DNA of 64,000 nt from Candidatus Nomurabacteria bacterium (lineage in GTDB: Bacteria; Patescibacteriota; Minisyncoccia; Phycocordibacterales; UBA2100). Position 1 is the first letter of the stretch, and each line of letters opens with the position of its first letter. Below are positions 39,153 through 46,346 of this stretch, one piece after another. The position numbers and the translations under genes are program-made. The DNA lies in NCBI GenBank assembly GCA_943359395.1, contig CALRHH010000004.1:1699-65698 (forward strand), read 5' to 3'. The notes under the pieces are model-generated. The model was not told where the DNA came from. It did not search any database and was given only the letters and a program-made list of their open reading frames with translations.

Positions 39153-39232
39153 TCATGGTATCACGCAAATTCTGGCGTAATGTGGATAAGATGGAAGGCT
39201 GTTGCCCCACAGCGCTATTGTGCGTATAAATA

Positions 39233-40174
39233 ATGAATATGGCTGTCTCCAAGCGCTATTTTCAGAATTACATAGCTCTATTCCCTGCAAAATTCCGTCC
39301 TTCACTCACGGCAAAGCTTGACTACAAAAAGGTGCTGGACGCCGAGAAACGACTAAAGATTCCGACCCAGGTCTGGCTGGCGTTCCTGACACCGCCGGTT
39401 CAGGAAGCTGAGGAATATGTGCCGGAAAAATATAAACGCGTCTGGAAACTAAAAACAGAAATGCTAAGCAAACTTCCTCACCCGAAGGAGTTCTTGGACG
39501 TGCGCAACCCCCTCCACCACTCGAGTGAATGTGTGACACTTGCCCTTCTGGAAACCCTCTACGACCTTAATGAGAAAAAAGTATTGCTCGCCGAGGCTCG
39601 CTATCATGAGTGGCTTGACGTCGCCAATCATTTTGGCCTCTGGGCACTTCGATACATGCTCGAAGACGCAATCTTCAAGACATTCGACTCTGATAATTTC
39701 TCTCTTTTTGAGAGCGTCGTCGATAAGCAAATGTTTATTGAACAACATCTCGTCCTCGCTATCAGCGGAATTGTCAAAGACGCACTTGCTCAAGCGGGCC
39801 TCGATAATTTCTCACTGGAGAATAGACGCAAGAATATATACGGTGTCTACAAAAAGGTCGCACTCAAACAAAAAAATATAAATGAAATCTACGATATTCA
39901 CGGCTTTCGCATACTCACCTCATCAGAAAGTGACTGCCGAAAAGCCATAGAGGTCTTGCACCAACTATGGCGGCACTTCCCCGAGCGGTACAAAGACTAC
40001 ATCGCGGAGCCGAAGGCAAACGGATACCGCAGTATTCACACCGTTCTCTATAGCCTCGAAGGCAAACTTGTGGAATTCCAGGTGAGAACTCATGAAATGG
40101 ACCACATCGCCGCCTCAGGTCCCGCCAACCACGCGGAGTACAAGAAAAATCTCGGCAAAACTATTTCTTCTTAG
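39233..40174 (+). CDS. RelA/SpoT-family (p)ppGpp synthetase-like protein lacking the C-terminal regulatory domains and carrying a degenerate HD region.
   Basis: NRRKNIYGVYKKV, EIYDIHGFRILT, YKDYIAEPKANGYRSIHTVL and EFQVRTHEMDHIAASGPANHAEYK match the Rel synthetase core. There are no TGS or ACT domains (313 aa), and the HD motif is not conserved. Confidence 0.8.
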   Translation: MNMAVSKRYFQNYIALFPAKFRPSLTAKLDYKKVLDAEKRLKIPTQVWLAFLTPPVQEAEEYVPEKYKRVWKLKTEMLSKLPHPKEFLDVRNPLHHSSECVTLALLETLYDLNEKKVLLAEARYHEWLDVANHFGLWALRYMLEDAIFKTFDSDNFSLFESVVDKQMFIEQHLVLAISGIVKDALAQAGLDNFSLENRRKNIYGVYKKVALKQKNINEIYDIHGFRILTSSESDCRKAIEVLHQLWRHFPERYKDYIAEPKANGYRSIHTVLYSLEGKLVEFQVRTHEMDHIAASGPANHAEYKKNLGKTISS

Positions 40175-40955
40175 CTTTCCGTGTTTTGTTTACTTTGATT
40201 TCTTCGGAAGAGTACGCGTCCGCCATCTTCCAGCACAAGCCGAACATCTCGCGCATACTCGCAGCTATAAGTTTGCTCTTTACGATAATCGCAAGCTTCT
40301 CCGGAATCGAGAAGTACGCGACCTTGTCATCATAGACATTTATCTCAATCTCTATATTCAGTACCGATTTCGGCAACAGACGGCTCTCACGCAACTCTTC
40401 GAAATCCTTCTTCTGACGTGCGCGCGCCATCTTGGTATCAGGAAAAATCGCTCTAATCGGAATCTTCGCCGCTTTCCGGCGCTTGTAGTATTTCGATACA
40501 TACTCCGGCAAAATCGACTCGGTGTCGTCGATAGAGGCGAGGGCGAGGATTTCCGTCTTGCTGGAAAGCGTATCTTCGTATGCGGCGACTATTCCCTCCG
40601 CCCCTTCGTAAAACGCAATTTCCGGCTTCGTGAAAGAGGGATTCATGTAGTCCTCGAAGTGCTTCAGGTGCTTCTTGAAATTCGAGATATTGGACTCAAG
40701 CTTCATCTTGCCGTTCTCGAGGATGTTGACGAGGGTTCCAGGCTCTTGAGGCGTGAAAAAATCCTTCTCACGGGAGAATTTGCTCACGAATCCCCGGTCG
40801 AGGAGGTTGGTCAAAACGATGCTCACATCGAAAGCAGGAAGCTTTGTGTCCTTGCTTAAAGTGGCAATATCCTGCGTCCCCAGCTTAAGACAAGCCAAGT
40901 AGACCTCTGCCTCTTTGACATTGAGCCCTATATCCTGCAGTAACTTGCGAAGCAT
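40161..40955 (-). CDS. TrmB-family transcriptional regulator.
   Basis: N-terminal wHTH (IGLNVKEAEVYLACLKLG) plus a TrmB C-terminal domain. Confidence 0.7.
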   Translation of the reverse strand: MLRKLLQDIGLNVKEAEVYLACLKLGTQDIATLSKDTKLPAFDVSIVLTNLLDRGFVSKFSREKDFFTPQEPGTLVNILENGKMKLESNISNFKKHLKHFEDYMNPSFTKPEIAFYEGAEGIVAAYEDTLSSKTEILALASIDDTESILPEYVSKYYKRRKAAKIPIRAIFPDTKMARARQKKDFEELRESRLLPKSVLNIEIEINVYDDKVAYFSIPEKLAIIVKSKLIAASMREMFGLCWKMADAYSSEEIKVNKTRKAKKK

Positions 40956-40995
40956 GGGATTACTCTACGCCTCCCATAAAAAAACGCAAAATTCA

Positions 40996-43900
40996 TTAGC
41001 TTTCCATCCACGTGTCGGGGGTATTAGGCGTGCGCTCCACCACGCGCGAGAAACTGTCTATACTCGGATTTTTCTGTATCTCTTTTTTAAGAAATGCGAT
41101 GTGTATTTTTGCAATTGCCTCAAAAAGTTCATCAATATCCCTCTCTTCGTGCAGATAGTGGAAGGAAATGCGTACGGCGTTCTTACCTGGAAGGCATTGC
41201 TCAACAAGATATCCTTCCCGCTGGAGTGCGGTTTTGATGTACTCATCACGGATGATACCCGCTTTCACCCCTTCTTTATGTCGGACAATGCCGAGATTGG
41301 GAAATGTGACAGTGAGAATCCCGTTATAATCAAAACCTTTTCTGTGAACAGGGTAAACCACCTGGCATCCGAATTGTTTCTGAATCACGGGCTCATGGAT
41401 TACTGAATCCGTTATTTGTGTCCCAAATGGAAATTCAGGATTCGTGAGGAGTATTTCTGGATATTCATTTGTCTTCGAAATGGCATACCTGGTTAACTCT
41501 TGCATGCGATTCGCAATGCGTTCCCGTTGCGTCTGTACCTGCTCTCCGTCGTAAGGATTCCAGCTATCCACGCGGGAATTCTGAATCTGGAAAGCAATCG
41601 CAAGTGCAGCGACACGGCGGATGTCGACCGAGCTTTTGCCGGGGCTCAATTTTGCAATTGGATTATTGAGTATCTCGGAGTCAGTAATGTGCGCCAGCCA
41701 GTGATCCGGCCTACCGCTGATTCCCTGTACGTCGTGAACAGCGAACTGGCCATCAATGTATTCTGGGGGATATTCATCCTGTGCCGGGGTCGGGTCGAGT
41801 GACTTGCGCATCGCGAGCATCGCCACATTTTCTATACCGAGAGCTTTGGCCCCACTATTCAGATATATATCACAACCGAGTCGCGCTAGGTCGTTCTCCC
41901 CTCGGTCATTTCTACCAGCGCTTTGGCACCCATCGACAATAACCGGTACTCCGGGATAGCGTTCCTTGAACTTGTCGATGAGATCTCCCAATCCGTAGAT
42001 GCTCGGTGTCTTATTGCCCTCAATGACTCCCAGCGCATCTCCGAAACGGGTCTTACTACTCAACAACACTGCAGCGGGAAAACGTTGTTTTGCCTCAATA
42101 CGCTCTACCATCTCTCTGAAAATGGTGTCGACGTCTTTTGCTTTTCCGCGCCTCCTATCGTTACAATAAACGGCCTCGACTCCCGCCCCATGATTTGTGA
42201 AGGCGTCCGTCATTCCGTCAAACTCCTGATTAGAGACGAGAATGTAGTCTTCTTTTGAGATACGCGGGAAAAGTCGACTTACCACGTCGTTCATCGCCGA
42301 CGTCGCGCTCGGATAGAATACGAAACCATATTTGCCCTGCGTGCTGTAAAGTCTCTCGGCCTGCCGGAGAGCAAATTTGGTGATTGTGCTGTAGCTATTG
42401 GGGATACCATTCCAAATTGCGCACGCGCGGGATATCCATTCTCTTTTGGAATTCGTATCGACACCCGCGGCTGTATCAAAATTCTTCTTCAAGTTCTGTA
42501 TCTGTTCTTTTGACATATCGGACAGATCACGCGGCTTTATGAGGGGTTCGTTGGGATGCTTCCGCTTATCTTGCATATATGTATACGGGCCATTCTCGAG
42601 TACCTCTTCGTCGAACCACGTTTGACGTGATCGTGCAGTCAGCAACATTCTTATTGACTGATCCTCGAGCCCGAGGAGCGGTATGTCCATGTGTGGGTCG
42701 GTGTTGTCTAAAAACTCCTTAACGGAAGAAGCTATGATAGCGACTTTCTTTGGAAAGCTTTCATCCACCTTCTCCAGTTTATCCTCGGAAACTTGCATGC
42801 TGGGCATGTAAGACAGAAAAGAATAGAACTCCTGCCTGAGTGCGTCTTGCGTCACAACTCTTTTCGCGTCCACCGTACGGAGCAACACTGTAAAAGGATG
42901 AATGCCCCCCCTGTCTTCAGAGTGGACGAGGTTGTCTGTGACAAAGTCAGAAAGTCTTTCAATGGACGATCGAGTCTTCTTGGGATCGTCCTCTTTTCGT
43001 GTGCCCAAGCGTTCACTATTCGTAATTGCATCCTGAACTTTTTTAGCAATACTTTCGGGGAGTGTGCCGTCAGGACTCTTCGTACTTTTCTGTACAGATT
43101 TCAGCAACTCATCTACCCGTTCGGCATACAGTGCAGCATGATGGTTATTGAGAAACTGGGCGGCCTCAGCGACAAGTCCCCTCGGGACATCTTCGGACAT
43201 GAGGAGACCAAATTTGCCGACATCAAAGGGCGTATCGCTGCAATCATTCGTGAGCCATGCGTTCGTACCCCCTTCCTCCAAGAGCATCTGACGAAATACT
43301 CCAAATGGACTTGGGGGATCTTGCTCTGTATCCCATTGAGGTCTCTGGAATTCTTCCCGTTGTAAAAAGCGCGAAAGGGCTTTCTTCGACGCTTTGTCGA
43401 TTTGAGTCTTGGTTTCGCTATTGCCGGCTTTTCTCATTACGTTTGCTGTAATATCCGCGTACACGCCGAAGAAGCGGGACATGCTCTTGAAGAAATTACT
43501 TTCTGAGCCATCTTTCGTCTGACTCTCGATATTACGTGCTGTCACGAGTCTTCCCAATTTTGCATCCGTGTCGAGGGGGCGGCTAGTAGAGGCTCCTTCG
43601 GTACTAGCCGTGCTACACATGAACATGAGACGGATAATTGCCGCTGCCTCCTGACCGTACTTTAGGGCAGTCTCGCGAGCGAGCAACTGTACTCGGTGTG
43701 CTGTATTGATATTAAAGTTCTTTCGTGAGACCTGTTCACTCACAAAATCACTGAGCCACTCCTTTCCACCCTTCTCCCCTTCCTTCTTGACCTCTTCCTT
43801 AAATCCCAAGTCAACCTCTGACACAACTTCTTCCCCGAAAAACCTCCCTTTTATGTAAGACTCCAGGCCTTGGTTGGGGAGGCTCAGATTCAATGCGCCG

Positions 43901-44259
43901 CCCAGTCGTTCGATTACTCCGGGAGAAACCCCTTCCTGAAATAAGACATCGTATAGACCCGCAACATTTCTCACACTCGACAGGTGTTCCTGCACGTTCC
44001 GCAATATTCTTGAATAGTCAAACCCTTTTTCTCCCGTCCGCCTTTCTTTATGCGCTTCCATTTCATGCAGCTCGGTCAAAACCCTGAGAGCCTCCCTTTT
44101 TGCATCTTCAATATTCCCTTCCGAGGACGAAATCCTTTCCTTCGGCTTTATGCTATTTCTCCGTGGCTCCAACCCTTTCACCATACGTTGGATGGTACCA
44201 TCCACATGGTTGAGCCCTCTTCCTCCCTGTGCGTATTTCAGCCTGTATACGCAAACCAA
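40996..44259 (-). CDS. Large cytoplasmic protein (1087 aa). The N-terminal ~600 aa have no recognised domain; the C-terminal ~450 aa form an aminotransferase class-V-fold PLP-dependent enzyme-like domain.
   Basis: C-terminal VPVIVDGCQSAGRND (D/Q PLP-pyridine pair) and DIYLNSGAKALG (Schiff-base lysine context), matching cysteine desulfurase / class-V fold architecture. No TM helices and no known N-terminal motifs. Confidence 0.6.
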   Translation of the reverse strand: MVCVYRLKYAQGGRGLNHVDGTIQRMVKGLEPRRNSIKPKERISSSEGNIEDAKREALRVLTELHEMEAHKERRTGEKGFDYSRILRNVQEHLSSVRNVAGLYDVLFQEGVSPGVIERLGGALNLSLPNQGLESYIKGRFFGEEVVSEVDLGFKEEVKKEGEKGGKEWLSDFVSEQVSRKNFNINTAHRVQLLARETALKYGQEAAAIIRLMFMCSTASTEGASTSRPLDTDAKLGRLVTARNIESQTKDGSESNFFKSMSRFFGVYADITANVMRKAGNSETKTQIDKASKKALSRFLQREEFQRPQWDTEQDPPSPFGVFRQMLLEEGGTNAWLTNDCSDTPFDVGKFGLLMSEDVPRGLVAEAAQFLNNHHAALYAERVDELLKSVQKSTKSPDGTLPESIAKKVQDAITNSERLGTRKEDDPKKTRSSIERLSDFVTDNLVHSEDRGGIHPFTVLLRTVDAKRVVTQDALRQEFYSFLSYMPSMQVSEDKLEKVDESFPKKVAIIASSVKEFLDNTDPHMDIPLLGLEDQSIRMLLTARSRQTWFDEEVLENGPYTYMQDKRKHPNEPLIKPRDLSDMSKEQIQNLKKNFDTAAGVDTNSKREWISRACAIWNGIPNSYSTITKFALRQAERLYSTQGKYGFVFYPSATSAMNDVVSRLFPRISKEDYILVSNQEFDGMTDAFTNHGAGVEAVYCNDRRRGKAKDVDTIFREMVERIEAKQRFPAAVLLSSKTRFGDALGVIEGNKTPSIYGLGDLIDKFKERYPGVPVIVDGCQSAGRNDRGENDLARLGCDIYLNSGAKALGIENVAMLAMRKSLDPTPAQDEYPPEYIDGQFAVHDVQGISGRPDHWLAHITDSEILNNPIAKLSPGKSSVDIRRVAALAIAFQIQNSRVDSWNPYDGEQVQTQRERIANRMQELTRYAISKTNEYPEILLTNPEFPFGTQITDSVIHEPVIQKQFGCQVVYPVHRKGFDYNGILTVTFPNLGIVRHKEGVKAGIIRDEYIKTALQREGYLVEQCLPGKNAVRISFHYLHEERDIDELFEAIAKIHIAFLKKEIQKNPSIDSFSRVVERTPNTPDTWMES

Positions 44260-44295
44260 AAAGCCACCTTAACGGGTGACTTTTTGGTTCGCTAG

Positions 44296-44369
44296 CGCGA
44301 GTGACGGGGCTCGAACCCGCAGCCTCTCCCGTGACAGGGGAGTGCTCTAACCAATTGAGCTACACCCGC
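44296..44369 (-). tRNA. tRNA-Asp (GUC).
   Basis: GCGGGTGTAGCTCAATTGGTTAGAGCACTCCCCTGTCACGGGAGAGGCTGCGGGTTCGAGCCCCGTCACTCGCG with anticodon loop CTGTCAC and discriminator G73. Confidence 0.8.
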
Positions 44370-44411
44370 ATTCGACGCGTCATTCTAGCAGAAACTTATG
44401 ACTGCGTCGTG

Positions 44412-44485
44412 TGTCGGGGGAGAGACTCGAACTCTCGACCTAGCGCTTATGAAACGCTCGCTCTAACCGGCTGAGCTACCCCGAC
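44412..44485 (-). tRNA. tRNA-Met (CAU), elongator type or tRNA-Ile2-like.
   Basis: GTCGGGGTAGCTCAGCCGGTTAGAGCGAGCGTTTCATAAGCGCTAGGTCGAGAGTTCGAGTCTCTCCCCCGACA with a fully paired 1:72. Confidence 0.8.
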
Positions 44486-44705
44486 CTGATGTGCAAAATG
44501 AGAATATCGCATATTTCCCTTTCATGCTATACCTACGAATATGTGGAACACAATCTTACAGGTAAACTCCGTACTGTGGGTTTTGTCAGCTTTTTTCCTC
44601 GTCTATTCTTTCGGTACTGCCATTCTCCACTGGTCATGGAAACAATTCTGGCTTGCACTTCTGCTCTTCGTCTTCCTATCGGTAATTGAAATAGTTATCG
44701 CCGCA

Positions 44706-45119
44706 CTACAAGAGCCCTAAATTCAGGCTCCTCCAAAATTCCTTATCTTTCGGATGCGTGAGCATCTCACCCACGAGTTCCGGCACTACCCACCGCGCTT
44801 CAGGGTTCGACGAATCTTTTGGCGCGAGTTTCTCCTCCTCCGTCCGGAAAAGAAACATGTGTATGGTTTTGTGTTCGCTCGTATCGTCCCCTCCCAAGGG
44901 TGTCCCCTTGTATCGCCCGTACGAACCGAGCTCTTTCACCAACGTGATATTTTGCAATCCTGTTTCCTCTTCTATTTCACGCTTCGCCGCTCCGAGCGCA
45001 TCCTCGCCCTCATCGATGTGCCCTTTGGGGAACCCCCAAAAATCCGGACCATTGCGCACGAGCGCCACTCCCCCGCTCGAGTTGGTGATAATCCCTCCAG
45101 CGACTTCTGTCTTTTCCAT
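44706..45119 (-). CDS. NUDIX hydrolase.
   Basis: GHIDEGEDALGAAKREIEEETGL Nudix box. Confidence 0.8.
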   Translation of the reverse strand: MEKTEVAGGIITNSSGGVALVRNGPDFWGFPKGHIDEGEDALGAAKREIEEETGLQNITLVKELGSYGRYKGTPLGGDDTSEHKTIHMFLFRTEEEKLAPKDSSNPEARWVVPELVGEMLTHPKDKEFWRSLNLGLL

Positions 45120-45317
45120 CGCATAGTTTTAGCACGAGGGTGTGAATTGGTCACGGATGATTTTATGTTTAATTGTTTCGTTACTTAGGGAATTGGCCAC
45201 GAATATATCCCCGCCGTCGCTCGGAAATTTCGCGACCCCGCCTCGCGGTCGCACAAGCTTGTGCGACATCGCTGCGGCCTGCAATTCCCGGCACGAAGTG
45301 TGCAGACACTTCGCTCC

Positions 45318-45350
45318 CCAACGCAAAAGCACAAAACCAAAACGCCCCGT
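45318..45350 (-). terminator. Intrinsic terminator downstream of the initiator-like tRNA.
   Basis: CGCCCC-GTG-GGGGCG hairpin followed on the minus strand by TTTTGGTTTTGTGCTTTTG. Confidence 0.6.
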
Positions 45351-45374
45351 GGGGGCGCTTTGGTTTCTGGCTTG

Positions 45375-45446
45375 TTGCGGGGGCGGGAATTGCACCCGCG
45401 ACCTCAAGGTTATGAGCCTTGCGAGCTACTACTGCTCCACCCCGCT
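45375..45446 (-). tRNA. tRNA-Met (CAU), initiator-like, with an atypical T-loop.
   Basis: GCGGGGTGGAGCAGTAGTAGCTCGCAAGGCTCATAACCTTGAGGTCGCGGGTGCAATTCCCGCCCCCGCA: anticodon stem CAAGG/CCTTG with loop CTCATAA, an A11:U24 pair, and an unpaired 1:72, all initiator features. The T-loop TGCAATT is non-canonical, so this could be a pseudo-tRNA. Confidence 0.45.
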
Positions 45447-45497
45447 TTCGTCAATGTACTACAAGCGAGATAAGGAAGCAATAAATTCGAGAAATAT

Positions 45498-46241
45498 TTA
45501 TTCGATGTAGCGCGCGTCTTTCAGGACTTTCTCATAAAGCGTGACGACGCGGCGGGCTTCGCGCAGCGTTAGCTGGTGCGCACTTCCATCATGTGCGATT
45601 TTGTTGCGAATCTTGTGCGCCTCCCATGCAAGGTCTATAGAATTAAAACTTGCACGGTCGATAGTGCGCATTTTATCCGCCATGGTTTCCCCTTTGTAGC
45701 CCATGACATCAAGCAGCTCGTTGAGCATGATGTCGGCCTCGAGGATTGCGAGTCGCCATGATTGTTCGGAGTCCGAGCCTATTTGGTCGAGTATCCTATT
45801 CCAACGCAATTGTGTCTTCGGGATATCTTGCGCGATGACAGAGTGCCGAGCTTGATAAAATCTTCGCCGCTCTGTTTGACGTATCTGAAATACACGAATC
45901 GAACAGTAAATGACGAGAGCGCTCAGACACAATGTGACGAGGAGCGAGAACGCTACAAACGTACTCCACTGCTGGAAGAACTTGTCATACGTGCCTGGCG
46001 CTGACGCCAGTTGTAGATACTGAACGACCTGTGGAGCCGATACGGCGGTCGTAATAGGAGTGGCAAGCGGCGACACAGGCTCCCCTGCCGCGGTTGGAAC
46101 ACCCGTTCCTGCGACAGTCATCACTGTTCCAGGAATCCACTTAAAAGCAACCTCGCTGAGAAACCATAGAGCCGAACCGAGGGTACTTCCGGACGAAGGA
46201 TCTGGATTCATGGACAGATTATAACTCACCGTTAGAAGCAC
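45498..46241 (-). CDS. Membrane-anchored protein with a C-terminal HEPN-like (DUF4145-like) domain.
   Basis: One TM helix (FVAFSLLVTLCLSALVIYC), then a C-terminal DLAWEAHKIRNKIAHDG region with an R-x4-H HEPN-type motif. Confidence 0.45.
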   Translation of the reverse strand: MLLTVSYNLSMNPDPSSGSTLGSALWFLSEVAFKWIPGTVMTVAGTGVPTAAGEPVSPLATPITTAVSAPQVVQYLQLASAPGTYDKFFQQWSTFVAFSLLVTLCLSALVIYCSIRVFQIRQTERRRFYQARHSVIAQDIPKTQLRWNRILDQIGSDSEQSWRLAILEADIMLNELLDVMGYKGETMADKMRTIDRASFNSIDLAWEAHKIRNKIAHDGSAHQLTLREARRVVTLYEKVLKDARYIE

Positions 46242-46281
46242 TATCGGCCCGCACCTGCTGGCGCGTGCCCGAAACTCCTCA

Positions 46282-46330
46282 TGTCGACATTAGCCGACAT
46301 TCGGCCCCTTCGGGCGCCTCACGGCGGTTT
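46282..46330. repeat. Family-2 small repeat element, intergenic, downstream of gatA.
   Basis: TAGCCGACATTCGGCCCCTTCGGGCGCCTCACGGCGG. Near-identical copies lie at 54978..55025 and, inverted, at 52505..52550. Confidence 0.7.
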
Positions 46331-46346
46331 CGCCTTTGGGCGGGGA

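Noticed and set aside
40996-44259. The large 1087-aa protein as an NRPS/PKS or an RHS/toxin-type polymorphic protein.
   Set aside because: It has no condensation, adenylation or thiolation core motifs, no YD/RHS repeats and no secretion signal; only a class-V PLP-fold C-terminal domain is recognisable.
45129-45510. ORFs of 92-122 aa in the 45120..45497 intergenic region.
   Set aside because: The region contains a tRNA-like gene, a terminator and multiple palindromes, so coding is unlikely.
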